The notes beneath the pieces were generated by a model. The model saw only the letters and a program-made list of their open reading frames with translations, ran no database searches and was not told where the DNA came from. A DNA stretch of 64,000 bases from a virus, in the IMG/VR virus record IMGVR_UViG_3300027724_000010, positions 5,815 to 69,814 of that record; one strand, written 5' to 3'. The stretch's first letter is position 1. Each line of letters begins with the position of its first letter. Of this stretch, positions 19,238-29,692 are shown in pieces. The position numbers and the translations under genes are program-made.

Positions 19238-20452
19238 TTATTTAAAAATTGAAAGACATCCTAATACAACATCTTTAAATTTTACTTCTGATTTAGCTAA
19301 TGATTTTAAAATAAATAATTTATTATCTTTTTCAAAAACACTACTATTACCTATTTGAATCAATCTACTTTTTAATTCTGGAGTTACTGGAACGTTATTT
19401 TCAATTATTCTATCAATATAGTTAGATAATCGAAATGTAATAACACTTCTTATAACATATTCATTTTTAGATAAAGCAAAAGATTCTTCAATTCTTTTAA
19501 CTACTGTTTCAAATTTAGGTGTACTAATAATCTCTTCTGGTGTTATTATCTTATCAAAATCGTTGTTTATAAACGCTCCAAAACTATGAATAACATCTCC
19601 AAGAACTATTTGTCCTAGTTCGATTATTTTTGGTAAATCGTTTTTAGTATTTGGATATAATAGAGCTACCTGTTTAAAGAAGTTAGTCCATCTACGAATA
19701 GAACAAGCATTTGTATATTTTTTATCACTAGAATAACCAGAAACTACTTCTGGATTCATAAATATAAAATTTACATATTCGTCTGGAATAATTTTTCTAT
19801 CATCAATATATAAACCATCTGCAAAAGCGCACCAAGCTTCTTTGTTCCACTCTATTTCTATTGGAGTGATTCTATCTGCTTGTGCTCCATCGAGCTGTTG
19901 GACGTCATAATTTCCATCGTCTGGATTAGAAGATAAAAATACAGATACACCTTTTGGTAATTTCCAACTACCAAAAGCTTTTTCTTTAATTATCTCCATT
20001 ACTGCGTTTTGAAAAAATCCTAAGTTTCTACTAAAATCGTCTAATACAAGTATATCACCTTCTTTAACTCTAGATACAAAATCAGGTATAGCATCGCTCA
20101 TAACTGGATCGCTGTTACCCATTACCCAACCATTATCTATATAGTTTGGTATTTGTTTTTGAGTAATCCATTTTTTTACAACACCAGTTTCAGTATCTTT
20201 ACATACTTCTATCTTTATCATCGGATAACCTTTTAATTGTCCAATCTCATCGAACTGAGATAATCTAACAATTTCACAATGTATACCCTTTTCTTTTGCA
20301 AAACTTTTTAATATCTCTGTTTTACCAATACCATGCTCTCCAACTAACATTAAAGCAGCATTATCCATTTGCATGTTTAAATCACATGCTAATTTATTAG
20401 TATTATAAAAAATTTCGATATATTTTTTCGCATCAATTAAATTAAATTTCAT
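19238..20452 (-). CDS. AAA+ ATPase (MoxR/CobS-like)
   Basis: Walker A LMLVGEHGIGKTE and Walker B ILVLDDF; ATGA overlap with the downstream vWA gene. Confidence 0.7.
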   Translation of the reverse strand: MKFNLIDAKKYIEIFYNTNKLACDLNMQMDNAALMLVGEHGIGKTEILKSFAKEKGIHCEIVRLSQFDEIGQLKGYPMIKIEVCKDTETGVVKKWITQKQIPNYIDNGWVMGNSDPVMSDAIPDFVSRVKEGDILVLDDFSRNLGFFQNAVMEIIKEKAFGSWKLPKGVSVFLSSNPDDGNYDVQQLDGAQADRITPIEIEWNKEAWCAFADGLYIDDRKIIPDEYVNFIFMNPEVVSGYSSDKKYTNACSIRRWTNFFKQVALLYPNTKNDLPKIIELGQIVLGDVIHSFGAFINNDFDKIITPEEIISTPKFETVVKRIEESFALSKNEYVIRSVITFRLSNYIDRIIENNVPVTPELKSRLIQIGNSSVFEKDNKLFILKSLAKSEVKFKDVVLGCLSIFK

Positions 20453-21699
20453 TTACTATCAATTTTTAATGTTTTAAAATTATTACCCCAAGAACTTCTA
20501 AATGATTCTATAGATATACCATTACTAGTTAAAACCACAATCATTGGTTTTAAAGGTTTAACTTTTGTAAGAGATACATAACCATCAGTTAAATAAACAA
20601 TAGATGCTACATCTTTACATTCTTTGTTAATATACGCTATAGCAGGATCAACTACTGTTCCACCACCACCACTATAACCTTTAGTAGCTAATCTAGATAA
20701 TAATTCCGTAGAATTTTTATATGGATAAATGGAATCTTTAGTTATACTAGCATCACATTCGACAACTAATATATCCATTTTTGATTTTTTACCAATATTA
20801 TCTAACTCACTAAATGCTTCTTCTATATTTTTACCGTTCATAGAACCTGATGTATCTACTATAACTACTATTTTAGGTTTAAATTTTACTTTAAACATGG
20901 TTACATCATCAAAAAATTTAGATGGTTTAGTGTAACTTTTCTTTATTATAATTTTATTAGAAAATAAACCAATAAACGATTTTAACTCGTTTTTCCAATC
21001 AATTTTAGATATATTAGCGTTTAATAAATCAGATATAAACTTTTTTAAGAAACCAGGGATTGATCCCTGATTTCTATTTAAAGCATTAGCTTCTAATAAT
21101 ATTTTATTAACCTGAGCTTCTATTGTTTTATCTAGTACTTCTTGTGATACTTCTGATTTTTCTAACTTTTTCCATAAATCGTGATCTATCATCAATGGTT
21201 GTCCTTTAGAAGAACATTGATTATATAAATCTTTAAATTTAGGATTATTAGATTTTTTTAAAAAGTTATAAATAGCATCAGTACCTTCTTTGACTATATC
21301 TATTGGTACTTTCATATTATCATCATCGTACCAAATACCACCTTCTATAAAATAACTTTTATCTTTAAATATTTCATCTATTACTATATAATTTATATAA
21401 GCATCTGTAGAAATATTAAATAAATTAAAATCATCATAATCTTTGTATACTCGATAATGTTTAAGAATCAAATGATGTAACTCATGTAATAATAAAAATT
21501 GATTTTTTTTATGATTTTTACTATCTATTGATAACCAAAAATCAGGATTTAAATTAATTTCAAAATTTATACCATTCAAAACTAACCCCGCTGTTGTTAA
21601 AGAATTACTAAATCTTATACTAATTAAAGATAAAAAGTAAAAATAAAAATTACTATGTGCTTGTAATTCATAATTTACATCACCTATTTTTGGATTCAT
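20449..21699 (-). CDS. putative metallopeptidase-vWA protein (DUF2201-like layout: HExxH N-terminal domain plus C-terminal von Willebrand A domain)
   Basis: HELHHLILKH (HExxH) in the N-terminal half; VVIVDTSGSMNG (MIDAS DxSxS) in the C-terminal half. Confidence 0.7.
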   Translation of the reverse strand: MNPKIGDVNYELQAHSNFYFYFLSLISIRFSNSLTTAGLVLNGINFEINLNPDFWLSIDSKNHKKNQFLLLHELHHLILKHYRVYKDYDDFNLFNISTDAYINYIVIDEIFKDKSYFIEGGIWYDDDNMKVPIDIVKEGTDAIYNFLKKSNNPKFKDLYNQCSSKGQPLMIDHDLWKKLEKSEVSQEVLDKTIEAQVNKILLEANALNRNQGSIPGFLKKFISDLLNANISKIDWKNELKSFIGLFSNKIIIKKSYTKPSKFFDDVTMFKVKFKPKIVVIVDTSGSMNGKNIEEAFSELDNIGKKSKMDILVVECDASITKDSIYPYKNSTELLSRLATKGYSGGGGTVVDPAIAYINKECKDVASIVYLTDGYVSLTKVKPLKPMIVVLTSNGISIESFRSSWGNNFKTLKIDSK

Positions 21700-21708
21700 T
21701 TTTTAATT

Positions 21709-23424
21709 TTATGACTTTTTAATTACTTTTGCTACTTCTTCTTGAATACTTTTATTTCTTTGATCTCGCATTCTTTGTAACATATCTTCTCGATCTTTCA
21801 ATACTTGCTCATATGTCATATTGCTAAATTTATCAACAACATCATTAAAACCAGTACTACCATCTGATGTTTTTGTATTACCCAACGGATCGGTATTATC
21901 ATCAACTGATTTTTTATAAATACCAGTTGCCGTATCATATTTTATTTTCAATGCTGGTTTAACATTTAATCCATCGTCTATTCTCCTATCCAGAATATCT
22001 TTTACCGGATTAGATTTGGTAGTATTGTAAATCGCATATGAATTAGATACGTTATTTAATATATTCCAAAGCGAATCTTTAGAATCATTATCTTCTGTAA
22101 ATATATTACTATATGGAACAATAACTTTTTTTAATTCATCATCCGCTGCTGACACATTTATTAAAGAATTGTTATTTAAATAATAATGATCATAAAAATA
22201 TTTTTTAACTCGTCTTATATTTTCTAAAGTTATTTCTAATGTTGCTTTATCTTTAATATATGCTGTTAAACAATCTTCTAATTCGATTTTTATCTTCGTA
22301 TTCATTACATTAGAGTAATTATTTATAGCATAATCTATAATTGAAGAGTTTATTAATAACCACATTAAAATATAATCAAAATTATAAGTACTTTGTAAAC
22401 TACGAACTTCAATAGTAGCATGACTAAATGGTTTACATAAATAATTAAGAAAATTAATATTATAATACCTACCTTCTAGATTCCATTTAGATGTACCATT
22501 AATATATTCATTAAGAGATGGTAAAGAATCAATAAAACTTGTTTTAATTCTATTATCAATTCTAAATAATTTATAAATAGATTTAACATCTTTATCAATA
22601 AGTTTTGGTAAATTTTTACAATGATCTCTACCGTTTTTTTGTAATTTATCTGCTAAAAACTTTGTATCTTTTTTATATGGAATTATTAATTGATTTAACT
22701 CATCTGTTAATCTTTGAAATAAAGAATACATAGATAATAACTCTGTTTCTCCTTTAACAATGTTTCCTATATGTATATGTAAACTACAATATTGATCTAT
22801 ATCTGTACATGTTCTAGCAAAGTTCAAAAACTTTCTTAAACTTTCCATATTTTTTATATTCATTATATTAGATACATACTCAGCTCCAGTTATTGAACCA
22901 TCATATAATACAGCAAATCCCATATCATTAGCAATATCTTCTTTTATATAACCTCTACTAGTTTCTAATTCAAAACCATAAGTATATGTTATAAAATCTA
23001 ATACTGATCTTTTATTCTCGTAGTTATTTAATGATCTATTATAATGACTTATATTATATATTTTTTTATCTGGAGAATATTTATTAGTACTTGATATAAA
23101 TCTATCATATTTTGATATATATACATCTTTATTATCGGTAATATTGATCAGTTCATCTTTAAATCTCTTTAAATAAGATGCACAAACTCTATAAGTATGA
23201 TTTCTAAACATCAAAGTAATAGTTTTACTTGAATATTTAGTATTATTATCTATAATATCAGTATAACTAATTAATTTTGATTTATTTTGTATACTATTGG
23301 TATAAGTATCAAATTCTGTATTAACTTTTGGAACATATTTACCATCTAATAATACAGCTGTAACATCTTTAGTATATACTTTATCGTTTATTATTACTTG
23401 ATTTTTTTTTATTTTTTTTTCCAT
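21709..23424 (-). CDS. amidoligase-like protein (GCS2/glutamine-synthetase-like carboxylate-amine ligase, Amidoligase_2-type)
   Basis: YDGSITGAEY…CSLHIHIG motif shared with the paralogue at 28330..29214; sits in an operon with GATase-II, ATP-grasp and GGCT genes. Confidence 0.5.
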   Translation of the reverse strand: MEKKIKKNQVIINDKVYTKDVTAVLLDGKYVPKVNTEFDTYTNSIQNKSKLISYTDIIDNNTKYSSKTITLMFRNHTYRVCASYLKRFKDELINITDNKDVYISKYDRFISSTNKYSPDKKIYNISHYNRSLNNYENKRSVLDFITYTYGFELETSRGYIKEDIANDMGFAVLYDGSITGAEYVSNIMNIKNMESLRKFLNFARTCTDIDQYCSLHIHIGNIVKGETELLSMYSLFQRLTDELNQLIIPYKKDTKFLADKLQKNGRDHCKNLPKLIDKDVKSIYKLFRIDNRIKTSFIDSLPSLNEYINGTSKWNLEGRYYNINFLNYLCKPFSHATIEVRSLQSTYNFDYILMWLLINSSIIDYAINNYSNVMNTKIKIELEDCLTAYIKDKATLEITLENIRRVKKYFYDHYYLNNNSLINVSAADDELKKVIVPYSNIFTEDNDSKDSLWNILNNVSNSYAIYNTTKSNPVKDILDRRIDDGLNVKPALKIKYDTATGIYKKSVDDNTDPLGNTKTSDGSTGFNDVVDKFSNMTYEQVLKDREDMLQRMRDQRNKSIQEEVAKVIKKS

Positions 23425-23425
23425 T

Positions 23426-24865
23426 TTAATATGTTTTTATGGACAACGATTCACCATTTGCAACAAAAGTTGCTGTTGTTGGACCAAATAACGGACGGAT
23501 TGTTACTTGTAAATCATCAAATTTAGTTATATAATCTAAAGTACCGTCTGTTTTTTTATAAACTACAGTATGTAATTGTCTTTCTTTAAAAAACGGTATA
23601 AAATCTATTACTGTATTAAGTAACCTAGGTTGTTCACTATTAAAAAATTTATCTGCAGAATCTGATTTATTATAAAATCTTCCACGAATAGCATTATAAA
23701 TATGTTTATCTTTAACTATAATACCATCCACAAAAAGTATTTTATTAGTATAACTAGATTTTTTACTAAATAAAGCATACATTTCTTTCATAGCTGTATT
23801 AGGATTTAAAACACACTTATATTCTCCTTCAAGTGGTTTTCCAAGATTCATATCAGTATATCTACACTGATGTAAATTAATTCTTGGGTGTGCTACAGGA
23901 GAATCATTAAATGTTTTTCCTTCAGTAATATTTTTAATTATAGCTACATTTGTACTATGATTAACTACACCAGATGTTGCTTTAATTTTTGGCGCAGTAT
24001 AATCCCAACCGAGATAATTATTATTATAATAAGTTGTTTTCTCTTCATGATTTCTAACTATAATTTCAGATTTCTCTAACGCATGATTATGAAATGTTAA
24101 TAACTCATTATTTTGTACTTCTTGTACTTTATATAACCTATCAAAAACAAGATATAACGCATTTTTGATACTACTAAAATACCAACCACTAGGTGTTTCT
24201 ACATAATACAAAGGTCTCTCTTCAGTATCGTTATTAGCACCTTTCCATGCTTTAAAACAATTATTAGTATAATATAATAATGCAGCATATCCTTTGTAAA
24301 ATTTTAAAACATCAGCTTCATCTGCTTTACCAGATAGTGCTCTTCCTAGCGACATTGCTAAGTAATGCGAGTCTATATGTAATTGCTCATCAACATTCTC
24401 TACATCTTTTAAAAATTCTCTTTTAATATCATACATATTTGATAAAGTCCCGTTATGAGCTAAAGAAAAATGATTTAACCCATCCGAAGATTTATATACA
24501 AATGGATGACAATTATTAACATTATAAGTACCAATTGTACCTTTTCTTGTATGAAATATACAAGGTTTATTTAGTAATGGTATCTTTTCGATATTTTCGA
24601 ATTCGCTAGCTATAAAATCTCTAGCTTTTTTTTCTAAATTAGTACCAGTAAATCTAGTATCAGCTATAGATAAACCACAAGAATCGGTACCTCTATCTTC
24701 ATTTATTATACCTAATAAGTATAATTTATTTATATTAACTTTTTTACCCTTCTTCGGATAAAAACCAGCAAGTCCACAAGCTAATATATTTCTATCTGGT
24801 TTCATTAAATATCCCATAAATAGAGATATTAAAAAATAATATATTATAAAATTAATCAACATCAT
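23426..24865 (-). CDS. class-II (Ntn) glutamine amidotransferase-like protein
   Basis: N-terminal …ILACGLAGFY with a candidate nucleophile Cys after a short leader, plus DRGTDSCGLS; 479 aa. Confidence 0.5.
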   Translation of the reverse strand: MMLINFIIYYFLISLFMGYLMKPDRNILACGLAGFYPKKGKKVNINKLYLLGIINEDRGTDSCGLSIADTRFTGTNLEKKARDFIASEFENIEKIPLLNKPCIFHTRKGTIGTYNVNNCHPFVYKSSDGLNHFSLAHNGTLSNMYDIKREFLKDVENVDEQLHIDSHYLAMSLGRALSGKADEADVLKFYKGYAALLYYTNNCFKAWKGANNDTEERPLYYVETPSGWYFSSIKNALYLVFDRLYKVQEVQNNELLTFHNHALEKSEIIVRNHEEKTTYYNNNYLGWDYTAPKIKATSGVVNHSTNVAIIKNITEGKTFNDSPVAHPRINLHQCRYTDMNLGKPLEGEYKCVLNPNTAMKEMYALFSKKSSYTNKILFVDGIIVKDKHIYNAIRGRFYNKSDSADKFFNSEQPRLLNTVIDFIPFFKERQLHTVVYKKTDGTLDYITKFDDLQVTIRPLFGPTTATFVANGESLSIKTY

Positions 24866-25373
24866 TTTTAAAATTTTTTATTACATTTTTTGAAAAAGTT
24901 ATTAACTGCTCTATACTAGCTTCGTTTTTCATTGTATTAGCTAGTAGTGATATAATCCAGACATTTCCAGAAACATATCCTTTAGTATTATCAATTCTAT
25001 CTATAGATGCCCCATTAAGATTTCTACCATTACCATACACATAATCTAATTTTACATTTAATAGTGGACAATGTGTAGGTAAAATTTTAAAATCATCTTC
25101 TGTTATTGAGAATTCTATATTTCTAGTTCTAGCTGTATTTTTAGCAGTTAATAATTTTACTTTTAAATAATTTTCGCTTTTATATTTAAGCTTTTTCTTT
25201 TTATATTTTTCTGAAGAATATAAAGTTTTAATTTTATCTGTTTTTCTATATATTTTATCATATTCATTTTTACATATTTTACAATATTCTGATAAACCAG
25301 AATTTGTATTTTTGTTTTTATGAAATTCCATATTATCTTTTTCTATATTACATTTTTTACATATCTTTTTCAT
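24852..25373 (-). CDS. HNH homing endonuclease (zinc-finger N-terminus, IDRIDN-type HNH core)
   Basis: CKKCN…CKIC Cys pairs and NGASIDRIDNTKGYVSGNVWIISLLANTMK. Confidence 0.7.
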   Translation of the reverse strand: MKKICKKCNIEKDNMEFHKNKNTNSGLSEYCKICKNEYDKIYRKTDKIKTLYSSEKYKKKKLKYKSENYLKVKLLTAKNTARTRNIEFSITEDDFKILPTHCPLLNVKLDYVYGNGRNLNGASIDRIDNTKGYVSGNVWIISLLANTMKNEASIEQLITFSKNVIKNFKNDVD

Positions 25374-25398
25374 TATATTTTATATTCTTCGCTATATA

Positions 25399-27234
25399 TT
25401 ATTTTTTATCAATTAATCTTACAAATTCTTTTAAATAAACCGAAGCAGTAACTTCTGCCATACTTGGTGCAGAGTTAATTTCGATTATAGAAAATTCTGG
25501 AGAACTATTTTTACGTTCGTTTCCATCTTTATTTAAATTGGATTGTACTCTAACATCACAAGCTCCAAAATCTAATCCAACAGATTTGAGAGCTTTTATA
25601 CACTCATTCTGGATATTTTTTAAATTAACAGGAGCATCAAACAAAGGATTTTTCTCACTAATCCAATTACAGTTACTATTGTTAAAGAACCATTTTTGAT
25701 TAGCTGGAGTATCATTTCTCCTAAGCTTTCTCCACATTAAAAATACTCCATTAGTACTTACATGTATTCTATATTCTTTTGCAAAATTTTTAAATTTCTC
25801 AAAGATATAGTTTTCTATATTTCTACCTTTAGACCAACGTAACAACTCTTGTTCACTATCTAACTTATAATTACCTGTTCCACGAGATCCTAATATATGT
25901 TTTGCAACAATAGGATATTCTATATTAGAACCAGCTAAAGCACTAATAACATTGTCTATAGAATTTTGATAAACATACTCTGGTGTAGTTACTTTACCAT
26001 TTATAAAACAACGTTTCATTAGTAACTTAGATGAACTATTAGTTATAGCTTCTTCACTATTTAATACTACATCATACTCTTTAGTTGCTTTTGTTGTAGA
26101 TCCTAATCTTATTAATACTTTTTTAGTACTTTCTAAAACTTTTCTAAATACTCTATGAGATGGATGTCTAGATTTAATCTCAACTTCGTATCTTTTTTTA
26201 GTTTTATCTATATCATCTAAATAAGATTTATAATCAAATGTATATAATCTATCAACTAATTGATTAGTTAAACAATAACTATTATCAGGATTAAAAATAT
26301 AATAGATTTGTCTATCACCACATTGTACTTGATTACCTAATTTAATATAATCTCTAGACCTAGATACTTTATTAAGATATTTTTCTAATTCTACTGGGAA
26401 ATTATAAGCAATATATTGATCCCAAGATCCAGTATTTGGATCTATAGTTATACCTCTAATTTTAAAATCTACAATTTTATATTGTTTAAAAATATCCATT
26501 TTAGGATTATCTTTAGAATTATATAGAATAAAAGAAGTACTACTTTTAGCTATTTCGTTTAACTGTTTCATCGTTGTTAAGGCTTTTTCTATTGTTGTTT
26601 CATATGGTTCTTTAGTTTCACCTAAATATAAACCATATGGACCTGCTGCATTAGAAGCAACTTTATTAAAATGAGCTACTAACTCTTTTACAGTTACTTC
26701 TTTACAAACTACTGGAGGTAAAAAAGTATAAACTGAACTATTTATAGAACACCATGATAATTTTTTAATTCGATCAAACTCTGAATCATTTTTATCACAT
26801 ATATTTAAATAATTAAAGAGTATTTGTTGACCATAATAAAAATGTCTAAACATACAAAACGCATAATATCTATGTCTACTAGAAGTATAATCTCTTAAAT
26901 CTAGTTCAACAATTATAGACTCATTTATAGTAGTATAATTGCTAAGAAATTCGTATTTACCAGTAGCTTTAGATTCAAATATTTTAAATTTAAATCCAAA
27001 ATTTGATATTTCTTCTAAAATTTCTTCAAATGTTTTTTTAGTTTCATCGCACATTATTTTTATATCATCTTTCTTAAGAAATAGATACATATATCGTGAT
27101 GATGCTCCTGTAATAGCACCATTACAACCATTTAATCTATTAATACTACTACCAAGTAATAAATCTATATTCTCTTGTGTAAAAGGAGTACTACGAAATA
27201 TATGTGCAGAAAAATTTGATGTATTATGTCTCAT
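25399..27234 (-). CDS. ATP-grasp ligase (RimK/glutathione-synthetase-like C-terminal domain) with a large N-terminal domain of unknown function
   Basis: C-terminal YPIVAKHILGSRGTGNYKL…EYRIHV…E…N matches the ATP-grasp fold signature. Confidence 0.65.
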   Translation of the reverse strand: MRHNTSNFSAHIFRSTPFTQENIDLLLGSSINRLNGCNGAITGASSRYMYLFLKKDDIKIMCDETKKTFEEILEEISNFGFKFKIFESKATGKYEFLSNYTTINESIIVELDLRDYTSSRHRYYAFCMFRHFYYGQQILFNYLNICDKNDSEFDRIKKLSWCSINSSVYTFLPPVVCKEVTVKELVAHFNKVASNAAGPYGLYLGETKEPYETTIEKALTTMKQLNEIAKSSTSFILYNSKDNPKMDIFKQYKIVDFKIRGITIDPNTGSWDQYIAYNFPVELEKYLNKVSRSRDYIKLGNQVQCGDRQIYYIFNPDNSYCLTNQLVDRLYTFDYKSYLDDIDKTKKRYEVEIKSRHPSHRVFRKVLESTKKVLIRLGSTTKATKEYDVVLNSEEAITNSSSKLLMKRCFINGKVTTPEYVYQNSIDNVISALAGSNIEYPIVAKHILGSRGTGNYKLDSEQELLRWSKGRNIENYIFEKFKNFAKEYRIHVSTNGVFLMWRKLRRNDTPANQKWFFNNSNCNWISEKNPLFDAPVNLKNIQNECIKALKSVGLDFGACDVRVQSNLNKDGNERKNSSPEFSIIEINSAPSMAEVTASVYLKEFVRLIDKK

Positions 27235-27237
27235 TTG

Positions 27238-27615
27238 TTATTTTTTATTAAAATCTCCAGATTTAACAACTCTACCATCATCATTATTAAAGTATAACCA
27301 TGCTTCAATAGTTTTACCATTTAAATTAACAGGTATCAACTCTCTTTTGTACCAACTACCATCATGATTTTCAGGATCATATCCTTCTAATCTATCTACT
27401 CTTGGTAAATCTCTTTCTTGTACTTCCCATACATCTACTACTATTTGTGTATCGGGTGTTTTATTTACAAAAGGTATACCCCTTTCTTTCATTTGATATT
27501 TCTCTACTGTTACTCCAGTACCTTTATGATTATCTCCAGTATCTATTAATCTAGAGTTGGATCCATTTTTACGAAGTGTGCCGTAACATGCTATATATAT
27601 ACTTTCTTTATTCAT
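27238..27615 (-). CDS. gamma-glutamyl cyclotransferase-like (GGCT/AIG2) protein
   Basis: ACYGTLRKNGSN…DRLEGYDPE…Y motifs of the GGCT/AIG2 fold. Confidence 0.7.
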   Translation of the reverse strand: MNKESIYIACYGTLRKNGSNSRLIDTGDNHKGTGVTVEKYQMKERGIPFVNKTPDTQIVVDVWEVQERDLPRVDRLEGYDPENHDGSWYKRELIPVNLNGKTIEAWLYFNNDDGRVVKSGDFNKK

Positions 27616-27757
27616 CTTTTAATTTATTTTTATAAAAATTTTTTACTAAATTTATTATTTCTTCATCACTCCAATCTTGCTTCATCATATTGTACCACCA
27701 ACAAGTTACTAAATATATTTTATATTATGGTACTACTATTATACCATATGTTGATAT

Positions 27758-28333
27758 TTAATATAATTTATTTATTAAATCTTTTATATAAGTTAAATTA
27801 TGTCTGTAAAAACCAGCACTATGCATCCATTCTGGATGAAACTGTACTGTTAATGCTTTTACTTTTGGAAACCACAGTATCTCTGGTTCTATTATACACT
27901 TTATTTCTTCTTTAGCTGTATAATGATGTTCAGTAGCGATACTACTATACCCAAACACTTTAAAATTTTCATCTTCTATAATATTTTTTGTCCACACCAA
28001 TTGATGATGTGCGCTATTTGTTAATATTTCTGTATCAAAAATACCTGTTTCTAGATTTCTTATTTTAATATTGTGCTCACTTGGATGCTTCATGTCTTGT
28101 ATAAGCGTTAATCCATTTAAAGCAGCAATTAATTGATGTCCACGACAAATACCAAAAATAGGTTTACCTTTTTTAACAGCATCGTAATACTGATTTATAT
28201 GTAATCTATCTTGATCAGATGGTTCTGGACCATAAATATTAGATTTATAGTTTTCTTTACCATAAATAGATGGATGGATATCAGCACCACCTGGTAAAAC
28301 TACAAAATCTTCACTTAAAAATCCATATTTCAT
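27758..28333 (-). CDS. class-I glutamine amidotransferase-like gamma-glutamyl hydrolase (PuuD/peptidase C26-like)
   Basis: VLPGGADI…GICRGHQL nucleophile elbow and C-terminal H…E (QFHPE). Confidence 0.7.
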   Translation of the reverse strand: MKYGFLSEDFVVLPGGADIHPSIYGKENYKSNIYGPEPSDQDRLHINQYYDAVKKGKPIFGICRGHQLIAALNGLTLIQDMKHPSEHNIKIRNLETGIFDTEILTNSAHHQLVWTKNIIEDENFKVFGYSSIATEHHYTAKEEIKCIIEPEILWFPKVKALTVQFHPEWMHSAGFYRHNLTYIKDLINKLY

Positions 28334-29214
28334 ACTGTTTCTAATATTATAAAGTCGTTATTTCTAATTAACTTGTTTTTTAACTTTTTACAAGCTTCTC
28401 TACTATATTCTGTATCATCTACTAATTTTAAATTATCGTAGTATTTATCATAATACTCATCCAATAAATTAGCATCTAATACTTTTTTTATCATTTTTAT
28501 ACCGTAATCCACAAACTGTGGATAGTTGTGTATACCAGCCCCTAACACTCTATATTCTATTCTATTAGATGCTTCTTGATCTTTACCTATTATTCTATGA
28601 TCGCTAAGATTTCCATATAACTTTCGTCTATCTACATCTTTATCATAATACATAGATTGAAAACCTAAAAATACATCATTAAGAATCATAAATTTATGTA
28701 ACTCTTCTTTTGTATATTTTTCATCCCAACCATAATGAATATGGTAACCACAACTTCTCAAATTACCTACCATAGCTGGATCTGGTCTAAACGATATATC
28801 ATTCCGATATACACTATAACTTGGTTCACAACCAAAAGTCATAGCTTGTTCGTTATCTAACTCCATCATATTATATCTAGCACTAGATACTATATCTAAA
28901 CTATACATTGGATCAATTTCTGCTAACCATTTATTAGTATATTCAATACAATCGTCAATTATAGATTTATACATCCAATACTCTTTCATTGGTGGTAATG
29001 TAAACTCTATCATTACATTATCTAATTGTTGAAAACATCCTTCTAAAGCTATAGGTTTAGGATCTTTTTTTGTACCTTCTACTATATTTATTAGAGATTG
29101 ATATTCATTTATACCCTTTATTATACACGGAAATTCAGGATCTCCCCCTATCAAAAAATTTGATTTCATTTTACTAGTTATTTTTATAATAAATATCTTT
29201 ATTACCCCATTCAA
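28330..29214 (-). CDS. amidoligase-like protein, paralogue of 21709..23424
   Basis: SCGYHIHYG motif equivalent to the HIHIG motif of the paralogue. Confidence 0.45.
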   Translation of the reverse strand: MNGVIKIFIIKITSKMKSNFLIGGDPEFPCIIKGINEYQSLINIVEGTKKDPKPIALEGCFQQLDNVMIEFTLPPMKEYWMYKSIIDDCIEYTNKWLAEIDPMYSLDIVSSARYNMMELDNEQAMTFGCEPSYSVYRNDISFRPDPAMVGNLRSCGYHIHYGWDEKYTKEELHKFMILNDVFLGFQSMYYDKDVDRRKLYGNLSDHRIIGKDQEASNRIEYRVLGAGIHNYPQFVDYGIKMIKKVLDANLLDEYYDKYYDNLKLVDDTEYSREACKKLKNKLIRNNDFIILETV

Positions 29215-29692
29215 TTGGAGTTTTGTTATTTTTTATGAGTATTTTATTTATATTTATAAACACATCACTACCCACAAATACTTTTTTACCAGAATATTGA
29301 TCACTCATTGGGTGAACAACTTCTAAAATATTTCCACTAACTATATTTGTTTTAAACTTTTGAGCATCTCTACCCATCAATAACCAAATAATATCTGGTC
29401 TTTTTTTACTTAAACTTGTTATTAGATGCTCAGTAAATGGTTTCCATATTTTACTATGAGAACCAGATAAACCTTGCTCAACAGTTAAAGAAGCGTTTAA
29501 TAATAAAACACCTTGCTCGCACCAATTAAACAATGATTTAGCTTGATAAACAGGATTACCATATATTGGAAACCCTGTTCTTTTTAATTCTTCAAATATT
29601 ATTTTTAAACTAGGATTTATATATCCATTTTCTGTAGCAAATGCTACTCCACACGCTGATGGTACACACTTGTATAATCCAGGATAAGGCAT
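29174..29692 (-). CDS. uracil-DNA glycosylase, exon 2 (family 1 UDG C-terminal two thirds)
   Basis: GVLLLNASLTV…GSHSKIWKPFTEHLI…IIWLLMGRDAQK…HPMS is colinear with family-1 UDG from the GQDPY motif onward. Confidence 0.85.
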   Translation of the reverse strand: MPYPGLYKCVPSACGVAFATENGYINPSLKIIFEELKRTGFPIYGNPVYQAKSLFNWCEQGVLLLNASLTVEQGLSGSHSKIWKPFTEHLITSLSKKRPDIIWLLMGRDAQKFKTNIVSGNILEVVHPMSDQYSGKKVFVGSDVFININKILIKNNKTPIEWGNKDIYYKNN

